From NCBI GenBank assembly GCA_963764625.1, contig CAVXTH010000006.1, positions 448,001-512,000 on the forward strand: a stretch of 64,000 nt of DNA, read 5' to 3'. Made by a program: the position numbers and the translations under genes. The notes beneath the pieces were generated by a model that ran no database searches, was not told the DNA's origin, and saw nothing but the letters and a program-made list of their open reading frames with translations. Shown here one piece after another: positions 8,143-16,932 of the stretch; the stretch's first letter is position 1; each line of letters begins with the position of its first letter. Source of the DNA: Candidatus Krumholzibacteriota bacterium (GTDB lineage Bacteria; Krumholzibacteriota; Krumholzibacteriia; JAJRXK01).

Positions 8143-10113
8143 ATGCGGCAGAACGCCATTGAGAAAATCGTGCAGCGTTACGCGGTCGATCTGGCGGAAG
8201 GACAATTCGTGCGGGCGGAAGAGTTTCTGACCGTGCGTCCCCTCCACGTGATGACGCATGACAACAGCGGGGCGGTCCTCAACAAGTTTCATGCACTCGG
8301 AGCCCAAAGAGTGGCCGACTCTACGCAACCGGTTTTCGCGCTGGATCACGACGTGCAGAACTTTTCGGAAGACAATCTGGCGAAGTATGCTCGGATCGAG
8401 TCCTTCGCACGCGAACAGGGAATCGCGTTTCACCCGGCGGGGCGGGGAATCGGACATCAGATCATGGCCGAGGAAGGATTCGCGCGGCCCGGCGCTTTGG
8501 TGGTGGGAAGCGATTCGCATTCCAACCTCTACGGCGCTCTCAGCGCAGTGGGAACGCCGGTGGTTCGGACGGATGCCGCCGCCCTCTGGACCACGGGAAC
8601 CACCTGGTGGCAAGTGCCCAAGACGGTGCGCGTCAATCTCCACGGTAGCTTGCGCGAGGGAGTCAGCGGGAAGGACGTCATTCTCAGCCTCATCGCACTC
8701 TACAACCACGATGAAGTACTCAACTACGCGATCGAGTTTCACGGTCCTGGCGTCACGACTCTGAGCATGGATGGACGCATGACGATCGCGAACATGACCA
8801 CCGAGTGGGGTGCGCTAGTGGGCTGGTTCCCCTTCGACGAGGTTCTGCTCGAGTGGTTGAACGAGCGAGCCCGCCACTTCCAGGAGCGCGGCGACGAACA
8901 TCCCCGTCTGACCAATGAGTCGATCGCCAAGCTCTACGCGAAGCGCGTGGAGCCCGACCCGGACGCATGGTACGCCAAGCATATCGACTTCGATCTCTCC
9001 CGGGTCAGCCCCTACGTCGCGGGACCGGATCAGGTGAAGGTGGCGTCCTCGGTGGCAGAGATGGCGAAGCGGAAGATCAAAATCGACAAGGCCTTCTTGC
9101 TCTCTTGCGTGAACAGCCGACTGGAAGACCTACATCAGGCCGCCGAAGTGGTGCGGGGGAAGAAAGTCGCTTCGGGGGTGCAATTCTATCTGGCTGCCGC
9201 ATCGAGCGAGATCGAATCGGCGGCCCGCACCGACGGGAGCTGGCAGGCGCTCCTGGACGCGGGGGCCATCCCCCTGCCTTCCGGTTGTGGACCGTGCATC
9301 GGATTGGGAGAAGGCACCCTCGGAGAGAACGAGGTGGGAATCAGCGCCACGAATCGAAACTTCAAGGGACGCATGGGAGATCGGAGCGCGCAGTGCTATC
9401 TCGCCAGCCCCGCGGTGGTCGCCGCGTCCGCGCTCGCGGGATTCATCGCGAGTCCCTTCGCGTCGGGGGAATCGCTCCCGGAGGCCGCGCTCACGGCGAA
9501 CCCTTCTTTGGGCAGAACGGCGGGCGCGTCGAGCACCCTCGAGGGCTTTCCCCCCAAACTTCGCGGACGCCTGCTCTATCTGCCTCAGGACAACCTCAAC
9601 ACCGACGGGATCTACGGAAAGGACTGGACCTATAGGGACGACATGACGCCACCGGAGATGGCCGAGGTCGCCATGCTGAACTACGACCCCGAGTTTCAGA
9701 CGATCGCCGAGGAAGGCGACATCCTGGTAGGGGGGAAGAACTTCGGTTCCGGCTCTTCGCGGGAGCAGGCGGCCACCGCGCTGAAGTTTCGCGGAATCCA
9801 ACTCATTCTCGCCGCGTCCTTCAGCGAAACCTACAAGCGCAACGCATTCAACAACGGCTTTCTGGTGGTGGAGTGCCCCGAGCTCGTCGACGCGCTGGCA
9901 GAGCTGGAGAACGAGGCGATGCGGGCGCAACGCAAGACGATCGCCTGCCCGGGTGAGGCCGAGATCGACTTCGTTCGCTCGGTGGTCGTCTACTTGGGGA
10001 AGGAGTATCCCATCGCGGTTCTCTCCTCGACGGCTCAGGAACTCGTGCTGGCCGGTGGAAGCGAAGGCCTCGTACGCCAGCAACTCGCGCGTCAGGCGCG
10101 GGAGAGGTCGTAG
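8143..10113 (+). CDS. lysF: Homoaconitase, single-chain fungal (Lys4/LysF) type
   Basis: QNAIEKIVQRYAV, HVMTHDN, LDHDVQN, PAGRGIGHQIM, SDSHSN, GTPVVRTDAAALWTTGTTWWQVP closely resemble yeast Lys4. Fe-S cysteines in SCVN and GCGPCIG; fused swivel domain (NLNTDGIY, NFGSGSSREQA). Confidence 0.85.
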   Translation: MRQNAIEKIVQRYAVDLAEGQFVRAEEFLTVRPLHVMTHDNSGAVLNKFHALGAQRVADSTQPVFALDHDVQNFSEDNLAKYARIESFAREQGIAFHPAGRGIGHQIMAEEGFARPGALVVGSDSHSNLYGALSAVGTPVVRTDAAALWTTGTTWWQVPKTVRVNLHGSLREGVSGKDVILSLIALYNHDEVLNYAIEFHGPGVTTLSMDGRMTIANMTTEWGALVGWFPFDEVLLEWLNERARHFQERGDEHPRLTNESIAKLYAKRVEPDPDAWYAKHIDFDLSRVSPYVAGPDQVKVASSVAEMAKRKIKIDKAFLLSCVNSRLEDLHQAAEVVRGKKVASGVQFYLAAASSEIESAARTDGSWQALLDAGAIPLPSGCGPCIGLGEGTLGENEVGISATNRNFKGRMGDRSAQCYLASPAVVAASALAGFIASPFASGESLPEAALTANPSLGRTAGASSTLEGFPPKLRGRLLYLPQDNLNTDGIYGKDWTYRDDMTPPEMAEVAMLNYDPEFQTIAEEGDILVGGKNFGSGSSREQAATALKFRGIQLILAASFSETYKRNAFNNGFLVVECPELVDALAELENEAMRAQRKTIACPGEAEIDFVRSVVVYLGKEYPIAVLSSTAQELVLAGGSEGLVRQQLARQARERS

Positions 10114-10967
10114 CTGAAGAGTCCCAGTGCGGTCCAGATGAACGCGAACCCGAGCAGTTTTTCGTGTCCGAAGGGCTCGTGGAAGGCTGTGACCGCGAGC
10201 AGGAACTGGAGCGAGGGCGCGAGATACTGCAAGACGCCGACCGTGGAGTAGGGCAGGCGCCGTGCCGCGTTGGTGAACCAGATGAGCGGCAGCGCGGTGA
10301 CGAGCCCGCCGGCTGCCAGCAGGACATCGATGGTCCCGCTCGACCGCCCGAAGGACAGGCCGCCCTGAGCTTCCAGGTGCAACAGCCACAGAGCCGCCAG
10401 CGGAGAGAGGAGGAGGGTCTCCAGACAGAGACCCTCGACTGGACCAGCACTAACTCTTTTTCTTACAAGACCATAAAACCCGAAGCTCAAGGCAAGGACG
10501 AGGGCCACCCAGGGAACCTTTCCCAGTCCGAGGGTGAGAGTCAGCACCCCAATCGCGGCCAACAGGACACAGATCTTTTGGATCGTGCGCAGGTTTTCCC
10601 GGAGGAAGACGACGCCCAGAAGCACGTTCAGCAGGGGATTGATGAAGTAGCCCAGGCTGGCCTGGAGCACCTGCTCGTGTCCGATGGCCCAGATGAAAGT
10701 GTACCAGTTGATCGCGATGAGGGCGGTCGAGAGGAGGAGTAGCTGAAAAGTTCGCTTGCGCCTGAGCGTGTGCCACGCGCTCTTGAGGCGGCCCCGAAGC
10801 GCCAGAAGCGAAAGGAGTAGCACCAGGGACCATAGGACGCGGTGACAGAGCACTTCCAGCGGGGTGACCGCGGCCACCGCCTTGAAATAGAGTGCGATGA
10901 AGCCCCACCACAGATAGGCGGCCAAACCGTAGGCCACACCCACTCTCGTCTGGCGATCGGAAGTCAA
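10092..10967 (-). CDS. rarD: EamA/DMT transporter RarD
   Basis: GVAYGLAAYLWWG, EVLCHRVLWS, ASLGYFINPL, GVLQYLAPSLQF. Probable TTG start at 10967 overlapping the SDR stop. Confidence 0.88.
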   Translation of the reverse strand: MTSDRQTRVGVAYGLAAYLWWGFIALYFKAVAAVTPLEVLCHRVLWSLVLLLSLLALRGRLKSAWHTLRRKRTFQLLLLSTALIAINWYTFIWAIGHEQVLQASLGYFINPLLNVLLGVVFLRENLRTIQKICVLLAAIGVLTLTLGLGKVPWVALVLALSFGFYGLVRKRVSAGPVEGLCLETLLLSPLAALWLLHLEAQGGLSFGRSSGTIDVLLAAGGLVTALPLIWFTNAARRLPYSTVGVLQYLAPSLQFLLAVTAFHEPFGHEKLLGFAFIWTALGLFSYDLSRA

Positions 10968-11737
10968 CGGGCGCAGGTCTGCCGGCGACCACCGTCGATG
11001 GCGATGGTCTCGCCGGTGATCCACCCCGCTTCGTCGCTGGCCAAAAAGGCGATGAGGGCCGCGACCTCTGGGGCTTCGCCGACTCTTCCCAGGGGATGGG
11101 TCGACTTGCTGTGCTCGAGAAACTCGGCGTAACGGTCCTGCTCCATTCCGCCCTTGAGGTGCAGGTTCGTTCGCACCACGCCCGGGTTGACCGCGTTCAC
11201 ACGCACGCCGCTGCTCGCGAGTTCGAGCGCGAGACAACGTGTGAGCTGGTCCACCCCGGCCTTGCTCAGACAGTAGGCGAGCACTCCGGGGAAGGCTCTT
11301 GATCCGGTGACGCTGCTCAGATTGACGATGTTGCCGCGGGTGGCTTTGAGGTGGGGGATCGCGTGCCGGCTGAGCGCGAAGATGGATCGGAGGTTGATGT
11401 CCATCATCAGGTCGTAGCTCGCCAGGTCGGTTTGTTCCCAATCTCCACTGCCGATGATTCCCGCCGCGTTCACCAGAATGTCCAACCCGCCCAATTCCTC
11501 GATCGAAGTCTCGACCAATTGGACGCGGAATTCCTCACGCGTGAGGTCGCCGTCAATCGTTCCGAGCGGTAGCTCGGCGCCCGCCTCGTTCGCCAGTGCG
11601 GCCAGAGCTTCCCGGTCACGGCCGGTTGCCAGAACCACGGCCCCTTCGCGAGCGAAGCAAAGAGCGGTGGCCCGACCAATACCGGAACTGGCGCCAGTCA
11701 CCAGGGCACGTTTGCCCGCGAGTCTTCCCTCATCCAT
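10964..11737 (-). CDS. Classical short-chain dehydrogenase/reductase
   Basis: TGASSGIG, LVNAAG, catalytic YCLSK, VNPG. Confidence 0.9.
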   Translation of the reverse strand: MDEGRLAGKRALVTGASSGIGRATALCFAREGAVVLATGRDREALAALANEAGAELPLGTIDGDLTREEFRVQLVETSIEELGGLDILVNAAGIIGSGDWEQTDLASYDLMMDINLRSIFALSRHAIPHLKATRGNIVNLSSVTGSRAFPGVLAYCLSKAGVDQLTRCLALELASSGVRVNAVNPGVVRTNLHLKGGMEQDRYAEFLEHSKSTHPLGRVGEAPEVAALIAFLASDEAGWITGETIAIDGGRRQTCAR

Positions 11738-11776
11738 GCTTGCTCCACTTTCCCTTCACGCAGAACGGTGATCGAT

Positions 11777-13276
11777 TCAATGTGTTCCCATGGCGGCGGG
11801 GGAAACCTCGCGGAGACGCCCCGGCATCTGCGCCAGGATGTAGGCCATGAGGGCCATGCTGCCCACGTTCACTCGCAGGTCCTTCTCGATGATCTTGTCG
11901 AAAGTATCCGCGTTGGTGTGATGGATCTCGAAATACTTTGTCGTGTCGTGGTCGAGCCCCAAGCCCACGACACCGTCGACGACCATCGGACCGACGTCGG
12001 TTCCGGAGTAGGACGAGAAGAAATGAGCGCTCCCTAGCGGCTCGAAGAGCGGCGCGAAGCGCTGCAGTTTGTCGATCGCCGAAGTGCGTTCGCTTTCGAG
12101 CTGTGATTTTTGCTCGTCGCTCAGCTCGGACTTCTTTTCCTTGCCCGTGCTTCCCGGGGCACGGAGATCCAGGCGAAAGCCGTCCGCCAAACCGTTTCCC
12201 GAGTCGGATTCGATGGCCGCGATGTGGTTCGTAAGCTCCGCCGCATGCCGGTGGGCGTAGTCCTTTCCGCCGTGGTCTCCGTTTTCCTCGTTCGTGAAGA
12301 GCACCAGGCGGATGGTCCGTCGCGGATGGATTCCCAGACGCTGGAGGGTGCGCACCGCTCCCCAGGCGATGATGCTGCCCACGCCATCATCCTGAGCCCC
12401 CTGTCCGACGTCCCAGGAATCGAGGTGGCCTCCCAAGACCACTACTTCCTCGGGTACTTCGCTCCCCGGATAATCGGCGACCACATTCGCGCTCTTGGCG
12501 TCCTCGAGCATGTGGGCTCCCATCTCGAGGTGACAGCTCATCGTATCGCCGCGCTCTTGCAAGCGGTGCATCAGAGTTGCGCCTTCGATGGTGACGGCCG
12601 CCGCCGGAATCTTCGGCTGATCTTCGTCGTACAGCAGGGTGCCCGTGTGGGGCGTGTCGTAGGAAATCGGACCCACCGAACGGACGAGAACCGCGACCGC
12701 TCCGAAGGCTGCGGCGCGGCTCGGACCGTCCATGCGGTAGCGCACTGTCTTGCCGTAGCTCACGAACGGCGCATCATAGAGCACGATTTTGCCCTTCAGC
12801 TTGCCTTTCTCTCCGCGTTGGTTCAACTCATCGAAATCGCTGACGACCACGACCTCCGCGTCGGTTCCCCCCGGTGGGGTCCCAACGCTCATTCCCAGCC
12901 CCAGGATGTTCAAGCGGTGCCGCGTGGTCGGGGTAGTCAACCAGGCTTTCTCCTCGCCCCGCACCCAGTGGGGAACCTCGACTTCCTCCCGATGAACGTT
13001 GGTCAGGCCCTGCGCCTTCATCTTGGCGATGGCCCAATCGATGGCGTTCTCGAGAGTCTGGCTTCCGCTGAGACGATTTCCATAGCGGTCGCAGAGTTCG
13101 GAGAGGGTCTGATACGGCTCACTGCAGAGCAGGGCTTCGCCCAGAATCTGGCGCGCCGGAGCACGGTACGCGCTGAGTTCGTCCTTGGCATGAGCGGGAG
13201 GAGAGAGCGAGGGCCATGCGAGCCAGAACGAGAGGAGGAGAGAAAGACAAAAAGTGCGCGGAATAAGCCGACTCAC
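11777..13276 (-). CDS. Secreted M28 metallopeptidase (carboxypeptidase Q-like, PA domain)
   Basis: Signal peptide; RLSGS, GGHLDSWDVGQGAQDDG, NEENG, ESDSG, HHTNADTFDK. Confidence 0.9.
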   Translation of the reverse strand: MSRLIPRTFCLSLLLSFWLAWPSLSPPAHAKDELSAYRAPARQILGEALLCSEPYQTLSELCDRYGNRLSGSQTLENAIDWAIAKMKAQGLTNVHREEVEVPHWVRGEEKAWLTTPTTRHRLNILGLGMSVGTPPGGTDAEVVVVSDFDELNQRGEKGKLKGKIVLYDAPFVSYGKTVRYRMDGPSRAAAFGAVAVLVRSVGPISYDTPHTGTLLYDEDQPKIPAAAVTIEGATLMHRLQERGDTMSCHLEMGAHMLEDAKSANVVADYPGSEVPEEVVVLGGHLDSWDVGQGAQDDGVGSIIAWGAVRTLQRLGIHPRRTIRLVLFTNEENGDHGGKDYAHRHAAELTNHIAAIESDSGNGLADGFRLDLRAPGSTGKEKKSELSDEQKSQLESERTSAIDKLQRFAPLFEPLGSAHFFSSYSGTDVGPMVVDGVVGLGLDHDTTKYFEIHHTNADTFDKIIEKDLRVNVGSMALMAYILAQMPGRLREVSPAAMGTH

Positions 13277-13375
13277 GGTGAACTCCAGGATCTGCGGGGA
13301 GCCAGTACACTACCACCACCCCCGGTGGGTGGGAAGGACTGCGCGAGAGGAGAGAGGGGTCCAGAGGCGGATCCC

Positions 13376-14011
13376 TCAGACCATCGGGCCCCCCAGGCTC
13401 GACCAGAGGTACCAGCTCGCCACGCTGCGCCAAGGTCGCCAGCTTTCGGCCAGCTTCAGGAAGTGCCTCGGGCTGGGGCGCTCCCTCAGACCGTAGAGAT
13501 TGCGCACCGCGTTCTTCAGTCCCAGGTCGCCCACCGACAACACGTCGGGCCGGCCCAAAACGAAGAGAAGAAACATCTCGCCCGTCCATGGCCCGATCCC
13601 CTTGACCTGACAGAGGTGCTCGATAACCTTCTCGTCCTCCAGACGCTGGATCGAGCGGAGCTTGAGACTTCCTTGGGCTTGCCGGTGCGCCAGGTCCCGC
13701 AGATAGTCGCGCTTTTGGCGGCTCACGCCGCACTCGCGATAACCAGCCTCATCGAGTTGCAGGATCTTCGCAGGGGAGAGCCGTCCGCCCAGACGCGTGC
13801 GAAGGCGCCGTCGAACCGTGGCCGCCGCCTGGATCGAGATCTGCTGTCCGAGGATCATGTGGGCGAGGGACTCGAAGCGGCTGTGGCGCGGAAGGTCCGG
13901 AAAAATGGCGCCGATCTTCTGCACTACATCGGCCATGACGGGGTCGTGCCGGCAGAGGTGGCGTCGGGCTCGTCTCCAGGCTGCTTCGTCGTGGAGGGTC
14001 GCCTGGTTCAT
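13376..14011 (-). CDS. DNA-3-methyladenine glycosylase II (AlkA/HhH-GPD family)
   Basis: ILGQQIS, HhH motif LCQVKGIGPWT, RPDV..GDLG, WRPWRSVASWYLW. Confidence 0.9.
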   Translation of the reverse strand: MNQATLHDEAAWRRARRHLCRHDPVMADVVQKIGAIFPDLPRHSRFESLAHMILGQQISIQAAATVRRRLRTRLGGRLSPAKILQLDEAGYRECGVSRQKRDYLRDLAHRQAQGSLKLRSIQRLEDEKVIEHLCQVKGIGPWTGEMFLLFVLGRPDVLSVGDLGLKNAVRNLYGLRERPSPRHFLKLAESWRPWRSVASWYLWSSLGGPMV

Positions 14012-14066
14012 GGTCTCCCGTCGCTAGTGATGGAGTGAAGTCGAAAGCTCGTTTCGGCGCGGCCGG

Positions 14067-15440
14067 CTAGGCGTTGCCGACGCCCTCGTTGCGTACGCCG
14101 CCCAGTAACCAACGCCGGGCCAGGATCAACGCGAAGGGACTGATCAGGGCGGTCACCCCGTAGATCAACCAGAGCGCGCCAGGATCCTGGGGCCCATTCA
14201 CCGGGACGTAGCGTTCCAGCATGCTACCCGCGTACAGCCCGGTCACCGTCTTCGCGAGGAACCAGGGAATGCCCGCGATGCCCATGTAGATGCCCACCCG
14301 ATTGCCCGGAGCGATGTCCGCGACATATTCCAGGAAACGAGACGACCACATGGCCTCGCCCAGACTCCAGATGACCATGTAGGCGATCAGGAGGAAGACG
14401 CTGGGGCTGGGCACCAGGAGAAAGCACGAGAGCGCGCTCACCAGAGTTCCCGCGATCATCATGTCGACGACTTTGCGCTTTTGCGTCAGGGCCGCGATGA
14501 GCGGCACTCCGATCACGATGACGGTGGGATTGATGGCGTACACCCACTCCCAGTAGCGGCTGATCTCCGCGGGAAAGGCACGGGTGACATAGTCGGGCAT
14601 GGTGAGAAACTGGTGCGCGAAGAGGGTCCTCACCGGGAGCAGAACGAAAATGAAGAACATGAACCGCTTGTCGAGGATCGGCAAACGCCTCAGCTTCTGC
14701 AGCATGCTCAGGTGATCATCCGGCTCGCTCTGGACCACGCGCACGCGATCTCGCTCTTCCACTCTTCTGGTGAAGAAGACAAGGTTGATGAGAATGACGA
14801 GCGCGGTGATGCCGATGAAGAACCAGAACGAACCCGAGATCCCCGCGGTGGGCACGACGTTGATGTCGACGTGCTCGACCCGTGCGGCCCACACCTGCCG
14901 GACCTTGGGGGAGAGCATCTCGCCGGCCACGATCCCCAGATTCATGATCGAATAGAGGAAGGCGTAACCGAGGGTGGCGGTTCGGGCGTCGGTGTATTCC
15001 TTGACCCCCGAATAGAGCGCCGGCTGGAGAATTCCCTCCCCGATGGCCATGATGATCAGGGCCGTCCACGCGGCGGAGTGGACCATGAATTCTCCGGCGA
15101 AGACCGGGCTTTGGACCAACAAGATTCTTCCCACGAGCACGACGACCATCGAGACCGTCATCGCCCGTCGGACCCCCAGGCGGTCGGAGAGCCAGCCCCC
15201 TCCCAGAGCCATGGTGAGGGTCACCAGCCCCGAGAAGAGCGAGATACTCATGGTCGCGTGGGTCGTGTTGAAGCCCACGTTTCGCTGCATGAAGAGGGTC
15301 ATGAGCCCCAACATGCCGAAGTAGGCGATTCCGTCGCCGAAATTCACCGAATTCACCAGCCAGAATCCCTTGGACGCACCGAAGAGAATGCGGAATGAGT
15401 CGCGCAGACGGGGTTTGGCTGGGGGGTTGGTATCGGTCAC
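14067..15440 (-). CDS. MFS transporter (peptide/POT-like)
   Basis: About 12 TM segments, motif A GWLSDRLGVRR, YSIMNLG, INP. Probable GTG start at 15440. Confidence 0.8.
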   Translation of the reverse strand: MTDTNPPAKPRLRDSFRILFGASKGFWLVNSVNFGDGIAYFGMLGLMTLFMQRNVGFNTTHATMSISLFSGLVTLTMALGGGWLSDRLGVRRAMTVSMVVVLVGRILLVQSPVFAGEFMVHSAAWTALIIMAIGEGILQPALYSGVKEYTDARTATLGYAFLYSIMNLGIVAGEMLSPKVRQVWAARVEHVDINVVPTAGISGSFWFFIGITALVILINLVFFTRRVEERDRVRVVQSEPDDHLSMLQKLRRLPILDKRFMFFIFVLLPVRTLFAHQFLTMPDYVTRAFPAEISRYWEWVYAINPTVIVIGVPLIAALTQKRKVVDMMIAGTLVSALSCFLLVPSPSVFLLIAYMVIWSLGEAMWSSRFLEYVADIAPGNRVGIYMGIAGIPWFLAKTVTGLYAGSMLERYVPVNGPQDPGALWLIYGVTALISPFALILARRWLLGGVRNEGVGNA

Positions 15441-15754
15441 AGGAAAGAGCCCACGCTCATTCGGTCGGGGAGGGGGATCGCCACGGAGGATCGCGAACCG
15501 GGGGAAAATAGCATCCACCGCAGCGGGGGGAAAGAGTCAAAACCCCTTTTTTCCCCGCTCATTTCGACGAAACATTTGCCAGAACGAGCCAGTTGGACTA
15601 AGAATCTAAAGGTAGATGGCGAGATTCAAGCCGCCGTCAGCGGCTCGCCCCACCCCGCGCAGTTCAGATCCCGCTCACCGACTTTTCGGATATGGTGACG
15701 CCGTGGAGCGCGCTGGGTCCCTCCAGAAAGAAGATCTGTATTGGTCTGCCCGGT

Positions 15755-16927
15755 ATGAGTAGCGAGAAGAACGATAATTCCCGCCGGCGCCGCAAACGGC
15801 CGCCCCGCAAAGAAGCCAACGGCAACGTGGCCGTGTCCGACGAGCAAGCAGGCGGGGGAAAACAACGATCCTCCAAGAGCGTCTCCCAGCGCCGCAAGAG
15901 CATGAGTGCCTTCCGGCCGCGCCACCAACGACACAGCGGGAGTCCCGGCGAAAAAGACGGCTCCCGTCGGCGGCACAACGGGAACGGTCGACGCAACGCT
16001 CGTTCGAACCGGGACCGCAACCGCAATCGCGAGGAGCAGCTTCGACGCATTTTCTCCGAGTTGCAGCGCGGAACGAGCATCGATCCGTTCGAGCGCTTCG
16101 AGCTCGAGCGGGAGGACGAGGCGTTCACTCCACGCGTAATCGATCTAGTCGCGCCGATAGGCAAGGGACAACGCTGTCTGATCGTCGCGCCGCCGAAAGC
16201 GGGCAAGACGACGCTCCTAATGGAAATCTGTAAATCGCTCGAAGTGAATTATCCCACGGTGAAGGTCTTCGCGCTCCTGGTCGACGAGAGACCCGAAGAG
16301 GTCACCCACTTCTCGCGCTCCACGCACGCCGAGGTCATCGCTTCCTCGAGCGACCGCATCGCCGAGGAGCACGTGAAGGTGGTGGAGGAGGGCATCCAGC
16401 ACGTTCTGCAACCGGTCCTTGCCGGGGAAGACGTCGTCTTGATGCTCGATTCCATCACCCGACTCGCGCGCGCCTACAACACCGCGCGCGGTGACTCCGG
16501 CCGCACTCTGACTGGCGGGCTCGACGCCAACGCCATGCAGACACCCCGCCGTCTCTTCGGAGCCGCGCGGAATCTGGAGGGCGGCGGCAGCCTGACCATC
16601 TTGGGGACGGCTTTGGTGGACACGGGATCGCGGATGGACGAGGTGATCTTCCAGGAGTTCAAGGGGACCGGAAACAGCGAGATCGTCTTGTCTCGCCAAC
16701 TCTTCGAGAAGAGAATCTTCCCCGCGATCGACATTGGGAAATCAGGGACTCGCAAAGAGGAGAAGCTTCATCCTCCCGAGTACCTCGACCACATCCGCAA
16801 GATGCGGAGAGTCCTCAGCGACATGTCTCCCGACCGTGCCATGGATGGTCTGTTGAAGCTCATGGCGAAGTGTCCGACGAACAAAGAGCTCCTAGACGCA
16901 CTTCCCACTTCGAATCAGAATCAGTAG
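15755..16927 (+). CDS. rho: Transcription termination factor Rho, short variant lacking the N-terminal RNA-binding domain
   Basis: [12 protein letters not shown], Walker [49 protein letters not shown]. The N-terminal ~90 aa are Arg/Asn/Ser-rich low complexity. Confidence 0.9.
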   Translation: MSSEKNDNSRRRRKRPPRKEANGNVAVSDEQAGGGKQRSSKSVSQRRKSMSAFRPRHQRHSGSPGEKDGSRRRHNGNGRRNARSNRDRNRNREEQLRRIFSELQRGTSIDPFERFELEREDEAFTPRVIDLVAPIGKGQRCLIVAPPKAGKTTLLMEICKSLEVNYPTVKVFALLVDERPEEVTHFSRSTHAEVIASSSDRIAEEHVKVVEEGIQHVLQPVLAGEDVVLMLDSITRLARAYNTARGDSGRTLTGGLDANAMQTPRRLFGAARNLEGGGSLTILGTALVDTGSRMDEVIFQEFKGTGNSEIVLSRQLFEKRIFPAIDIGKSGTRKEEKLHPPEYLDHIRKMRRVLSDMSPDRAMDGLLKLMAKCPTNKELLDALPTSNQNQ

Positions 16928-16932
16928 GCCGA

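Noticed and set aside
8143-10113. Annotation as a fused LeuCD isopropylmalate isomerase
   Set aside because: The DHD, SDSHSN and GTP.VRTDAA..W..G.TWW motifs are Lys4-type rather than LeuC-type.
12110-14038. 642-aa ORF on the + strand, and similar long ORFs such as 57620-59575, 54012-55586 and 45254-46750
   Set aside because: They are antisense shadows of well-supported genes, expected at high GC, and carry no recognisable motifs.
15523-15558. G-rich/C-rich inverted repeat between the MFS and rho genes as a terminator
   Set aside because: It lies between divergent genes, so there is nothing to terminate; an attenuator role cannot be supported from sequence alone.
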